Assembly (NCBI GenBank): GCA_050293845.1
Contig: JBNKNM010000030.1
Location: forward strand, 1-39,791
Length of the DNA: 39,791 bases
Direction: 5' to 3'
DNA from: Pseudobacteriovorax sp.
Lineage (GTDB): Bacteria > Bdellovibrionota_B > Oligoflexia > Oligoflexales > Oligoflexaceae
Shown here: positions 19,284 through 28,992 of the stretch, piece by piece
Layout of the letters: each line of letters opens with the position of its first letter
Position numbering within the stretch: the stretch's first letter is position 1
Made by a program: the position numbers and the translations under genes
Notes under the pieces: generated by a model
The model's input: the letters and a program-made list of their open reading frames with translations, nothing else
The model's database searches: none
Told to the model about the DNA's origin: nothing

Positions 19284-21529
19284 AAGTGGCGATTGATCCG
19301 TTCGATAAGATTGGTTTGTCGATCTAAGCTTCTTTGATTAGCTATGGCATGATCCAAAGCTGCACGGGTTCCCACGAACACAGCAAACTTTTTAGCTCGT
19401 GTTAGAGCTGTATAGATAAGATTTCGCTGCAGCATGATAAAATGCTGCATGGACATGGGTATCAAGACTACTGGAAATTCACTTCCCTGAGATTTATGTA
19501 TTGTGATAGCATAGGCAAGTTTTAAGTCATGGGCATCTTCATTGCTATAGGTTACATTTTTGCCACTGAATCGCACTATAACTTTACCTCCACTAACTCC
19601 AGCGTGGAGGACATTGCCTATATCCCCGTTAAAAACATTTAGTTCATAGTTATTGTTAACTTGGATCACCTTGTCACCGGGGCGGAAGGTTATATGATCG
19701 ATTTTACTTTCCAGTGCGATATCATCATGGGGGTTGAGCAAGCTTTGCAGCTCAAGGTTTAGTTGTTGTGTGCCCAACTCACCTCTGTTCATCGGAGTCA
19801 GAACTTGGATATCCTCTATGGGGTCATAGTGCCCTTTTTGGGGCAGGATGTTTCCCACGAGCTGTTTGATCGTGGAACATATCTCTTGGGGAGTTTGCGC
19901 TTCGATAAAACGGCATTCGCAATGTGGGTTATCAGGAAACTCGGGAACAATACCTGAGTTAATTTTGTGCGCGATATCGACGATAGCTGAGTGAGCAGCT
20001 TGACGAAAGACTTCATGGAGCTTAATGTAGGGAACCTTAGCTGAAGAGATAAGATCCCGGAGGACGTTGCCAGGACCTACTGAAGGCAACTGGTCAACAT
20101 CACCAATAAAAATAATTTGTGAATTATCGCTTATAGCTTGTATCAGAGCATTAGCAAGGCGTATGTCCAACATGCTTGACTCATCGACGACAATAGCTTG
20201 GGCATTGAGAGGATTCGCTTCGTTTTTGATAAAACCATTATCTTGGGGTGTCCACTCCAAAAGACGGTGAACCGTTTTCGCTTCCAACTGAGAAACTTCA
20301 CTTAACCTCTGGGCTGCACGGCCCGTAGGGGCAGCAAGAGCGACGGCACGATTCATAGCTTTTAACAGATTGATAATAGCATTTGCTGTTGTCGTTTTAC
20401 CAACTCCGGGACCTCCCGTTAGTATAAAAATACGATGGCTTACAGCTTTTTTAACCGCTTGGAGCTGCTTTGCAGACAGGGAACGATGGGTCAACTTTGA
20501 ATACCTTGACAGCCAACTATCGATTCTTCTTTCATCAACTTCAATGGGGCGGGCGAGCAAAGTTCTTACTTTTTGTGCCATAGCCTCTTCAGCAACAGCT
20601 AGATCAAATGTGTAGTGAATACTAGTACTTGAAAAAGACTCCGAAACTATGGCCCCACCACGGTTTAAGTCTTGGATCACCTCAAAAATGGAGCTACTTA
20701 TTGTGGCAGTGTCAAGTTCCAGCAGGGCCACAAGCTTTTCAATAATTTGCTCTGTGGATAAATAGCAATGCCCCTGCTCTTCAGCTTGGCGAATCACATG
20801 GAGAAAAGCCGCAGCTATTCTATCCTGGGACTCAGGGCTAATGCCTAAACTTTGTGCTATTTTATCGGCAGTTAAAAACCCAACGCCAGTAATGTCACGA
20901 CACAGACGATAGGGTTCTTTGCTAACAATTTCAACAGTGTGGCGTCGGTATATTTTAATAATCTTATTAGCAAGAACCATGGATAGATTATGGGATAGGA
21001 GGAATAATTCAGCATCCCGAAATTCTTGACTTTCCTTCCAACTTTTGATGATAGAGCGGGCCTTGGCAGGGCCTATGGATTTAATTTCCGTTAGACGCTC
21101 TGGATTTTGATTAAGTATCTGTAGGGTTTGCTCTTGAAAATGCTTGACGATTCTTTTCGCCGTAATAGCGCCAATACCCTTGATCAGTCCTGAAGAGAGG
21201 TATTTAATGATACCTTCCTTGGTGGTTGGCTGAATTGAAGTTGCCAATCTACACTTAAATTGCTTTCCATGAACTTTATGTTCTACCCAGCTACCTTGCA
21301 TGGAGACGTGTTCACCGGCTCTAATCACTGCAAAGTGGCCGACAACTGTTACCGTTTTGTCACTGCCATTTGGGGTTAGTTTAAGTACCGACCACCCATT
21401 CTCCTCATTTCTGTAGGTGATGCTTTCAATTTCTCCAATTATTTCAGGTGTTTTTAAGTCTTCTTCCAAATTACCTGTCTCAGATATATGGGGTGGTGCT
21501 TCTATAGTGACCTTCCGAAGCCGATACAA
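19280..21529 (-). CDS. recD2: ATP-dependent RecD2-family DNA helicase
   Basis: N-terminal OB and HhH (YLSSGLIKGIG, GVGFLTAD), GGPGVGKT Walker A, APTGRAA, VVDESSM, GDVDQLPSVG, AYAITIHKSQGSE, YTALTRAK; start codon uncertain. Confidence 0.93.
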   Translation of the reverse strand: MYRLRKVTIEAPPHISETGNLEEDLKTPEIIGEIESITYRNEENGWSVLKLTPNGSDKTVTVVGHFAVIRAGEHVSMQGSWVEHKVHGKQFKCRLATSIQPTTKEGIIKYLSSGLIKGIGAITAKRIVKHFQEQTLQILNQNPERLTEIKSIGPAKARSIIKSWKESQEFRDAELFLLSHNLSMVLANKIIKIYRRHTVEIVSKEPYRLCRDITGVGFLTADKIAQSLGISPESQDRIAAAFLHVIRQAEEQGHCYLSTEQIIEKLVALLELDTATISSSIFEVIQDLNRGGAIVSESFSSTSIHYTFDLAVAEEAMAQKVRTLLARPIEVDERRIDSWLSRYSKLTHRSLSAKQLQAVKKAVSHRIFILTGGPGVGKTTTANAIINLLKAMNRAVALAAPTGRAAQRLSEVSQLEAKTVHRLLEWTPQDNGFIKNEANPLNAQAIVVDESSMLDIRLANALIQAISDNSQIIFIGDVDQLPSVGPGNVLRDLISSAKVPYIKLHEVFRQAAHSAIVDIAHKINSGIVPEFPDNPHCECRFIEAQTPQEICSTIKQLVGNILPQKGHYDPIEDIQVLTPMNRGELGTQQLNLELQSLLNPHDDIALESKIDHITFRPGDKVIQVNNNYELNVFNGDIGNVLHAGVSGGKVIVRFSGKNVTYSNEDAHDLKLAYAITIHKSQGSEFPVVLIPMSMQHFIMLQRNLIYTALTRAKKFAVFVGTRAALDHAIANQRSLDRQTNLIERINRHL

Positions 21530-21602
21530 CGCTAAGCTAAAACTATCAATTTTTTGAACATGATGTCTAGTTCACTGACACTTGCGGCAAGAGAAATAAC
21601 GA

Positions 21603-21629
21603 TAAAAAAACTGGCCTATTGGCCGATAA
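21603..21629 (+). promoter_or_regulatory. Sigma28 (FliA) promoter upstream of hpf
   Basis: Exact consensus TAAA(21603-06)-N15-GCCGATAA(21622-29). Confidence 0.7.
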
Positions 21630-21733
21630 GGGAAATAGGCAAGAAGTGTTGAAGCAACTTAGACTTTTACTTAGACATTTTGATCCAATAGTTTTTGCTG
21701 ACTTATTAATTTTTTGCTATGGAGGCAACCCCA

Positions 21734-22147
21734 ATGCAGTTTCAGTTTTCCTTTAAGCATATGGAAACATCCCCGGCTCTCCAGGAATACGCTCGTGAAA
21801 AGCTTAGTGCCAAGATTCAAAAGTTTGTGACAAAGCCAATTGAAGTTCAAGTGACTTTCTCTATTGATAGGCACTTACAGCATGCATTGTGTACTTTAGT
21901 TGGGGGTGATGGTTTCTCCGTCAATGTCGAACACTCTTGTGATGACATGTATGGCTCTGTAGATCGTATGGTCGACAAGCTAGGAGCCCAGTTGAAAAAG
22001 AAAAAGGATCGCTTAAAAAGTCACAAAAATCGCTCCTCGGTACGGGGGATGGTGGTTGCTTCTCAAGAGCATGAAGAGAAGATTGTATTGGATGCAGAAG
22101 ATGTCATTAAGTATGAGAAAGCAAAACGCAAAAGGGCAGTTTCTTAA
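21734..22147 (+). CDS. hpf: Ribosome hibernation promoting factor / RaiA family
   Basis: KHMETSPALQEYAREKL, DDMYGSVD, QLKKKKDR; GGAGG SD 8 nt before ATG 21734. Confidence 0.9.
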   Translation: MQFQFSFKHMETSPALQEYAREKLSAKIQKFVTKPIEVQVTFSIDRHLQHALCTLVGGDGFSVNVEHSCDDMYGSVDRMVDKLGAQLKKKKDRLKSHKNRSSVRGMVVASQEHEEKIVLDAEDVIKYEKAKRKRAVS

Positions 22148-22169
22148 AATAACACAGGGTGAAGGCTGA

Positions 22170-22847
22170 TTAGCCTTCGCCTGCTGGATTTAGTTCATAG
22201 CCTTCAGCATCAAAATGGCTTTCAAAACAAGCTTCCACCTCTATTTTAGTATAGAATTGCTCTTGACAATAACGACATTTATACTTAGCACCATCACGAA
22301 ACCAATGATCATTAAATTCTTTTTTATGTTTTTTCACAAGCGCAGGATCAACGGTATGGCCCTCTTCATTGTCAGGTTCTTCCAGATCAACTACCGGTTC
22401 TTCAACGTCCTGAATTGAGCTATCTGGCTCGGAAGCTGCTGTTACGGCTGGATCAGCAATGGGGGCTTCTGCAGGTATGAGTCTTACCAGGCGGAATTTT
22501 CGTCTCGGTCGGGAGTCAATAGGAAGGTCGTTGGTGAGCTGCTCGAAAATATGATAACGCTCATGGTTTTCTGTGCACAGTTGGGCGCAGCTCAGTCCTG
22601 CATCTTCGGTTCTATATTCCCTAAAACAGTACTGGCAACGAAATAAGCGGCCTTTTTGCTGATCATCTTTAACGATTAGTGGGTACTGTACTTTGAGCTG
22701 ATACCAGCATTGGTTGAGGCAGTTGTTAGCCTCCTCCCGAGAAGGGTGCTCACCACGGCAAATACCGCATATGAAGTAGCCAGCTTTTCTAAAAAGCTTG
22801 CGAATGACGGGAACTTTAGCTTGCTTATAGAACACATGGCTAGTCAA
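22170..22847 (-). CDS. Hypothetical protein with three putative zinc fingers
   Basis: AAGGAGG SD before TTG; three CxxC-x12-C-x3-(C/H) units; acidic Pro-rich linker. Confidence 0.75.
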   Translation of the reverse strand: MTSHVFYKQAKVPVIRKLFRKAGYFICGICRGEHPSREEANNCLNQCWYQLKVQYPLIVKDDQQKGRLFRCQYCFREYRTEDAGLSCAQLCTENHERYHIFEQLTNDLPIDSRPRRKFRLVRLIPAEAPIADPAVTAASEPDSSIQDVEEPVVDLEEPDNEEGHTVDPALVKKHKKEFNDHWFRDGAKYKCRYCQEQFYTKIEVEACFESHFDAEGYELNPAGEG

Positions 22848-22865
22848 CTCTTCCTCCTTCGAAGA

Positions 22866-22892
22866 GCATCGGTAGGTCGATCGAAAAATTGA
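22866..22892 (-). promoter_or_regulatory. Putative sigma28-type promoter of the zinc-finger gene
   Basis: Minus strand TCAA-N15-ACCGATGC directly upstream of the SD. Confidence 0.4.
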
Positions 22893-22925
22893 AAATTTTT
22901 GATAAAACCTTGTGATTCTAGCTGA

Positions 22926-23645
22926 CTAAACTCCTAAAAGTGCTGAAAAGGTTACAACAACTGAATAGCCCTTGAGATTCCCTTTAGTTGAAGTGCTGAT
23001 ACCATCTTCTTCGTATTTCAACTTGTAGGTCGTTTGGATAGGAGCGGCAAGTCCAATGTTAAGCAGATAGCCTTCGATCCGAGTTTGCAAGTCGATAGGG
23101 CTGTTTCCCTTAGAGCGGGCCGGTTCCATCCAGCAAAAAAACACCGATGGGTAGAGGGTAAAGTTATTGACTCGCATGACCCAGTTATTGATTATGGTTC
23201 CTTCATTTTCGGAAATTCTGCGTCCTACCGAACGACCTATGATGTCGGTGTAGGATATTCCCAGAAGGAAACCATAATTACCATCGTAGGTGCGAATGTT
23301 TTGGTTTTCCGCGCTAAAACCAATATAAGAGCTAAATCCAGTGCCCGAGAAATCGACAACCAGATTTTGTTGTTTGGGCGATTGGAAGGGGCCTGTGACA
23401 AAGTCCAGGGTTGTTCCAGCAAGCCAGGTATCTCCAATATACCCCCAGCCTAACTGGACGAGTCCACTAGCCCCGAGAATGTGGTTGCCATCTCCAGATT
23501 TGAGGTTGTGTTGATGAGTGCTTATACTCATGCTCCACACGTTATTCCTAACCTCTTTAGTGGCAGGGGCTTCTGCACACCAGGCACCGGTACCAAGACC
23601 ATAGAGTAGTATAGCGAGACTAAGGTTGTTCTTTGGGTTTAACAT
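22926..23645 (-). CDS. Hypothetical exported protein, probable outer-membrane beta-barrel
   Basis: Signal peptide ending AWCA; alternating amphipathic Gly/aromatic-rich strands; start uncertain. Confidence 0.6.
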   Translation of the reverse strand: MLNPKNNLSLAILLYGLGTGAWCAEAPATKEVRNNVWSMSISTHQHNLKSGDGNHILGASGLVQLGWGYIGDTWLAGTTLDFVTGPFQSPKQQNLVVDFSGTGFSSYIGFSAENQNIRTYDGNYGFLLGISYTDIIGRSVGRRISENEGTIINNWVMRVNNFTLYPSVFFCWMEPARSKGNSPIDLQTRIEGYLLNIGLAAPIQTTYKLKYEEDGISTSTKGNLKGYSVVVTFSALLGV

Positions 23646-24393
23646 CGGTAGGAGCTTTATCACCTTTCTTGATGAATTTGATAATGAGTATTGAGACTTC
23701 AAACATAAGGTATGTGGGTAATGCCATTGCTACTTGGGATAGAGGGTCGGGTGGTGTTAATAGAGCCCCTAATATCATGACTCCCACGACCACAAACTTT
23801 CTATTCTCCGATAAAGTTTTAGCTTCAATCAAGTCAAGAAGCGCAAGCAGAACAAGAATGACAGGAGTCTCAAATACAAGGCCAAAGCCGAGTACTAGTA
23901 GCATCAACATGGATACATAATCGCCAACTGTAATAATCGGTGTCCCAACTTCCATACCCATTTGGATGAGAAATTCCAAAGCAACCGGCATAATTACAAA
24001 AAAACAAAAGAGAATTCCTGAGAAAAATAGACTCACCGCCGAGAACAGAAAGGGGAGAGCGTATTTCCTCTCGTGATCATAAAGCGCTGGTTCTAAAAAC
24101 TTCCAGAACTGATAGAGCCAAACGGGGGCTCCCCCGATGATGGCAGCAAGAAAAGAAACTTTTATATCAGCTATGAGCACATCCATGGGACCAGTAAAAT
24201 GGAGGGCATTTGCACCGGCAGGTAGGGCTTTCACCAGTGGCCCTTTAAGATACTCCAGCATGTGAGAGGCAAAGGCAAAGGCAATACAAAATATTGCTGC
24301 AATCGATAACAAAGATCGAAAAATACGAGTGCGAAGCTCTCCCAAGTGCTCCATTAACCCCATTACTTTTAAGTTATCTTGTTTTTGGTTCAT
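23620..24393 (-). CDS. tatC: Twin-arginine translocase subunit TatC
   Basis: MEHLGELRTR, YQFWKFLEPALYDHE, FGLVFETP, ALLTPPDPLSQ. Confidence 0.96.
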   Translation of the reverse strand: MNQKQDNLKVMGLMEHLGELRTRIFRSLLSIAAIFCIAFAFASHMLEYLKGPLVKALPAGANALHFTGPMDVLIADIKVSFLAAIIGGAPVWLYQFWKFLEPALYDHERKYALPFLFSAVSLFFSGILFCFFVIMPVALEFLIQMGMEVGTPIITVGDYVSMLMLLVLGFGLVFETPVILVLLALLDLIEAKTLSENRKFVVVGVMILGALLTPPDPLSQVAMALPTYLMFEVSILIIKFIKKGDKAPTDVKPKEQP

Positions 24394-24394
24394 C

Positions 24395-27109
24395 TTAGTG
24401 GGCCTCTAACCAATTGCTACCAACGCCAATCGTTATCTTTAAGGGTACACCGATATCCATCGCAGTTTCCATGGATTCCTTAATTATTTTTTGGACTTGT
24501 TCCAGCTCGTTTTTGGGACACTCCCAGATGAGTTCATCATGGACCTGCATAAGTAGCTTGGCATGCAAGCTATGGCGGGCGAACTGCTGGTCTAGTTTAA
24601 TCATGGCGAGCTTGATCAGATCAGCCGCTGACCCCTGAACCGGGGTATTTACCGCAATGTTTTGGGCATTGGCTAAGGCTAAGCGATCAGTGCCATTGAT
24701 TTCTGGCAGCGGCCGCTTACGTTTACCCAGTGTCAGGGTATATTCATGCTTTTTGGCAAAACTGATAGATCCATCGATAAAGGTTCTGATTTTAGGGTAT
24801 GAAGCGAAATAGCGCTCAATAAAAGACTTGGCTTCCTTTTGGCTAACTCCTGTGTCTCGGGCGAGGCGTTGGGGACCCATGCCGTATATGATGCCAAAAT
24901 TGATTGCTTTCGCCTGGTTTCTTTGATTATGGCTCACTTCATGGGGAGCGATGGTAAAAATTTGTGAAGCTGTGGCTGTATGGATATCTAAGTCCTCATG
25001 AAAGGCTGCTTTTAAGTTAGGGTCATCTGCGAGGGAGGCTAGGATTCTGAGTTCGATTTGCGAGTAGTCCGCAGATATTATCACATTGTCTGCAGATTGC
25101 GGGCGGAATGCCTTTCTAATTTCCCGTCCTAGAGGACTGCGGATGGGAATGTTCTGCAGATTCGGCTCTGATGAAGATAAGCGTCCTGTCGCGGTCCCTG
25201 TTTGGTGGAATGTAGCATGAAGTCGCTGACTTGCATCGTTCACAAGCTTAGGTAGAGTATCAATATAGGTAGATTTTAGCTTGGTTAACATACGAAATTC
25301 TAGCAAATCGGCAACCAGGGGATGGGCGGAGAGCTTTTCCAAAACAGATGCGTCGGTGGAAAAACCGGACTTGGTTTTTTTTAGTCGCTTAACGCCAAGG
25401 ATCTCCTGTACCTTCAGTTTTTCATAAAGAATCTCCTGTAGCTGCTTGGGAGATTTAATATTAAAGGTTTCACCTGCTTTCTCATAAATTTGAGATTCTA
25501 ATTCCTGGATTTTTATGTTGATGCTACTTGCTTGTTTTGCAAGGGAGTTTTTGTCGATAAAAACTCCATTCTGTTCCATTTTCGCAATAATAGGAACAAG
25601 CGGCATTTCTATTTGATAGAAAAGGGTATGCAGGTTTTGCTGTTCTAGTTGGGGGACTAACAATCGGAACAGCTGGAAAGTAAAATCAACGTCTTCGCAA
25701 GCGTAGGTCACCAGGGTTTCCAGTGGAGTATCAACCATAGTACCCGAATCGCCGAGTACGGCTTGGGTGGAAATTTTTTTATAACCCAGGTAGCGAGTGC
25801 AGCAAATATCTAGATTGTGAAAGCGCTCATTGGGCTTCAGAAGATAGGATGCTAACATGGTATCCGCTATAGGACCGGATATTTGAATTCCGATATTGTG
25901 TAGCATCTGCAGGTCGAACTTCAGATTATGGGCAATTTTTATGGTCTTAGTATCAGTTAGTCGCTCTTGGATCTGTTGTTTGATCTGTGCCAAGTCTCCT
26001 GTTTGTTGGTGATTCAGGGGTATATAGTAAGCTTGACTATCTTGCCAGGAGATACTGATGCCGATGGGATAGTCATTAATAATATCTAAGCCTGTGGTCT
26101 CGGTATCAAAAGCGAAAGTATCCTGAGCTTGCCATTGCAAATAGAACTCTGACCAATCCTGGTCCCCTACAACGCTTTTGTAACTGTGCGGGTAACTTTG
26201 GATGGATGCTGATGCAGCTGGGGTTGCTTGCCTTAGCTTTTGCAGCCTAGATCTGATAGAGCGGAACTCCAGCTCTTCGACCAAGGCCATCAGGTCATCG
26301 CTTAGCAGTACGGTGTCTGGTTGACAATAGAAATCTGTAATTGCATAGGCTAGATCAGCGTCAGTTTTAATGGTTACTAGTTCTTTGGACAAAAAGGCAA
26401 GCTCTCTGTTTTCCTGTAGGCTTTTCCATTGCCTTTTATTGGTAACCTGATCCAGGTTTTCATAAACTCCCTCCAAGGAACCATATTTCTGTATGAGGCT
26501 TGTGGCCCCTTTTTCCCCGATGCCTGGAACGCCAGGGACATTGTCGGCGGAGTCACCCATAAGGGCCAGGATATCTATGACTTGGGAAGGGAGAATGCCG
26601 AACTTATCGTATACAGCCTGGGTGTTTGCTAGGGATACCTCACCTCCTTTTTTAGGCGAATAAAGGAATGTTTGTTCGTCTATCAGCTGCAAAAAATCTT
26701 TATCGCCGGAGACGATATAGGTTAATAGGTCCTGCTGCCTTGCTTGCAGGGCCAAGGTGCCAATTAAGTCGTCAGCCTCAAGCCCCGGTTCTTTTAAGAG
26801 TTTACAGCCAAGAGCTTCGTAGGCTCTAAATAAGTGAGGCAATTGAACAGCTAAGTCTTCAGGCATTTCAGAGCGGTTAGCTTTGTAAAGATCATAGATC
26901 TGGTGGCGGAACGTTTTTTCTCGACTATCAGTGGCTATGACAAGATAGTCAGGCCGTTCCTTTTCAATCAGGTTTATTAAAAATAACAAACTGCCATAGA
27001 CTGCTTGTGTTGGCATACCATCAGAAGTTGTAAGAGCCCGGGCGAAGGCGTGATAGCTACGAAAGGCCAAGGCCATGGCATCTACTACAAAAAGGCGTTT
27101 TTTCGACAT
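24395..27109 (-). CDS. polA: DNA polymerase I
   Basis: 5'-3' exonuclease (VVDAMALAFRSYHA, YKANR, EADD, GDSADNVPGVPGIGEK), 3'-5' exonuclease (FDTETTGL, HNLKFD), polymerase (TGRLSS, DYSQIELR, KAINFGIIYG, QVHDE). ATG 27109 has a GGGAG SD. Confidence 0.97.
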   Translation of the reverse strand: MSKKRLFVVDAMALAFRSYHAFARALTTSDGMPTQAVYGSLLFLINLIEKERPDYLVIATDSREKTFRHQIYDLYKANRSEMPEDLAVQLPHLFRAYEALGCKLLKEPGLEADDLIGTLALQARQQDLLTYIVSGDKDFLQLIDEQTFLYSPKKGGEVSLANTQAVYDKFGILPSQVIDILALMGDSADNVPGVPGIGEKGATSLIQKYGSLEGVYENLDQVTNKRQWKSLQENRELAFLSKELVTIKTDADLAYAITDFYCQPDTVLLSDDLMALVEELEFRSIRSRLQKLRQATPAASASIQSYPHSYKSVVGDQDWSEFYLQWQAQDTFAFDTETTGLDIINDYPIGISISWQDSQAYYIPLNHQQTGDLAQIKQQIQERLTDTKTIKIAHNLKFDLQMLHNIGIQISGPIADTMLASYLLKPNERFHNLDICCTRYLGYKKISTQAVLGDSGTMVDTPLETLVTYACEDVDFTFQLFRLLVPQLEQQNLHTLFYQIEMPLVPIIAKMEQNGVFIDKNSLAKQASSINIKIQELESQIYEKAGETFNIKSPKQLQEILYEKLKVQEILGVKRLKKTKSGFSTDASVLEKLSAHPLVADLLEFRMLTKLKSTYIDTLPKLVNDASQRLHATFHQTGTATGRLSSSEPNLQNIPIRSPLGREIRKAFRPQSADNVIISADYSQIELRILASLADDPNLKAAFHEDLDIHTATASQIFTIAPHEVSHNQRNQAKAINFGIIYGMGPQRLARDTGVSQKEAKSFIERYFASYPKIRTFIDGSISFAKKHEYTLTLGKRKRPLPEINGTDRLALANAQNIAVNTPVQGSAADLIKLAMIKLDQQFARHSLHAKLLMQVHDELIWECPKNELEQVQKIIKESMETAMDIGVPLKITIGVGSNWLEAH

Positions 27110-27267
27110 GGATACTCCCGAAAAATATACTGCATGGGTGATATTACCCTGGTTAGGTACTATTTGGGAAACCACAAGATTCTTTTGCACGTTTGCTCCA
27201 GGAAAATGTGATGTTAATGTCACTATCACAGGACCGTAAGTTTGTAACTGAGTCATAGGAATGGGGC

Positions 27268-27750
27268 ATGAAAAAAATTTTTTGGCTGATGAAAACAGAA
27301 CCAGAGGTTTTTTCCTTTGAAGATCTGGTGAATTGTAAAAATGCGACCGATCACTGGGATGGTATACGCAACTACCAGGCGAGAAATTTTATGCGGGATC
27401 AGTTTAAATGCGGTCAGGAAGTTTTTATTTATCACAGTAATACCAAAGAAACGGGAATTTATGGCATTGCCAAGGTGGTGAGGGAAGCCTATCCCGATCA
27501 TACAGCCTTAAATCCCGACGGTAAGTATTTTGATCCCAAATCGGCTGAGCAGGGGCGGTCAAGGTGGGTCATGGTTGATGTGCAAGCGACCCATCGTTTT
27601 CAAAATCCTGTCCTATTGCAGGATATGAAAGCTATGGAAGAACTGGCGGGGATGGCCCTCCTCAAGCGAGGGCAACGCTTGTCGATTCAGCCAGTAGGTG
27701 CGGAGCACTGGAAATTTATCAAGGGTTTAGGTAGGCCCCAAAGAATCTAG
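27268..27750 (+). CDS. EVE domain protein
   Basis: WLMKTEP..FS, WDGIRNYQARNFMR, FIYHSN, YPD, RLSIQPV. Confidence 0.93.
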   Translation: MKKIFWLMKTEPEVFSFEDLVNCKNATDHWDGIRNYQARNFMRDQFKCGQEVFIYHSNTKETGIYGIAKVVREAYPDHTALNPDGKYFDPKSAEQGRSRWVMVDVQATHRFQNPVLLQDMKAMEELAGMALLKRGQRLSIQPVGAEHWKFIKGLGRPQRI

Positions 27751-27777
27751 CTAAGATCCCTAGTTTTCGCTTCTGAT

Positions 27778-28428
27778 CTATAGGGAAACCCCAATACCAA
27801 GTTGTATGGTAAAGTTATCAACCGCTAAGTTCTCAGGAAGCGACAATTGCTGGCGACTTTGCACGCCGGTGTTAAGGTTAAGGCCCGTATTGTCGGCCAA
27901 AGCTTCCTCGTAAGAAACCAATAGGGGGGTGGGCAGTTGGGAGTGAAGCCATCTCACACCTGTTACGATTTCAAATTGATCCTTAAAATGGTAGCTCAGC
28001 TCACCAGCCAGTTGAAACCCCGTTGCCGTTGTGTAGTATTTTCCTTTTGTATAACTAGAAGTTGTCGATCGATTCAGATCAATGCGAGCGGGACCCTTAA
28101 TATAATGTCCTGAAATGACTAAGTCAATGCTGCTATTAAGGGGATGATAGGTTTTTAACCCCAAGCCTGCAGTCCATGACTGGGTTCGTAGTAATGATTT
28201 ATAAGTAGAGTCTTTCGGCTTTAGACTGGTTAGTTCCTCGCCGAAGGTAAGACTGACGGCGGCGGGAAAGGGCAGCCAATAATCTAAATCCGCTGAAATT
28301 CCATGGCTATCACCTGTGGCTGACAGATTTGTACGGGCTTGGCCCAATTGACTTTTGACATGAATTTTCGCTTCTGCATACACTACCGAGGAGGTCAAAA
28401 TCGGAAATAAAAGGTGTAATAGTTTCAT
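27778..28428 (-). CDS. Hypothetical exported beta-barrel-like protein
   Basis: Signal peptide ending VYA; amphipathic strands; C-terminal IQLGIGVSL strand. Confidence 0.6.
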   Translation of the reverse strand: MKLLHLLFPILTSSVVYAEAKIHVKSQLGQARTNLSATGDSHGISADLDYWLPFPAAVSLTFGEELTSLKPKDSTYKSLLRTQSWTAGLGLKTYHPLNSSIDLVISGHYIKGPARIDLNRSTTSSYTKGKYYTTATGFQLAGELSYHFKDQFEIVTGVRWLHSQLPTPLLVSYEEALADNTGLNLNTGVQSRQQLSLPENLAVDNFTIQLGIGVSL

Positions 28429-28652
28429 GTTTAACCTAAAAGTTAAGTTATATCTGCGTCAAGGTAACATGGATAAAGTCTCAATGCAAGTCCCAAAATG
28501 ATAAATTTTTTTAGTAATTTGGGAGGGCAAGTTTCTGAAAATATAGATTTTTAAAAAAAATAATTTACAATCTATTTGTGAGTTCTTAAGGATTTGGCTT
28601 AATGAATTGGATTGCTAGTCATCACCATTAAGGAAAACTTGGAGAGAAAAAG

Positions 28653-28961
28653 TTGTTGTGGAAAGTATATCACATCGATACCGGGAAAATAGTTAGGGCA
28701 GGATTCGAGTCAGAGGACGATGCTAAAGAATGGTTAGAAGCCCGAAGTGACGATTTAGACGACATTTATGAAATCGAAGAAATGGATCAAGATGAGATCG
28801 ATGAGTGGCAAGAGTTGCAAGATGATGCGAATTATGATGATGAAGAGGAAGATAGCGATATCGATGAAAAAGACCCCGTTGGTTTCGGAGACGATTACTA
28901 TGACGGAGCTGATTTAGAGGATGAGGAGTTAAGCACAGTCTTTGAAGACGACGATATGTAG
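28653..28961 (+). CDS. Small, highly acidic hypothetical protein
   Basis: GGAG SD 8 nt before TTG; 44 of 102 residues are D/E. Confidence 0.75.
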   Translation: MLWKVYHIDTGKIVRAGFESEDDAKEWLEARSDDLDDIYEIEEMDQDEIDEWQELQDDANYDDEEEDSDIDEKDPVGFGDDYYDGADLEDEELSTVFEDDDM

Positions 28962-28992
28962 GGAGGCCCCCCAAACCCTCTCTAGGATTAAT

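Noticed and set aside
21636..21733. Possible raiA-motif RNA or riboswitch in the hpf leader
   Set aside because: Only about 100 nt, AT-rich, with no convincing multi-stem structure
27110..27256. N-terminal extension of PolA in the ORF track
   Set aside because: Homology begins at MSKKRLFVVD with a good SD; the extension overlaps the divergent EVE promoter region
28491..28610. TCCCAAA/TTTGGGA inverted repeat and sigma54-like TGGC...TTG
   Set aside because: Short arms in very AT-rich DNA; the -24/-12 spacing is wrong
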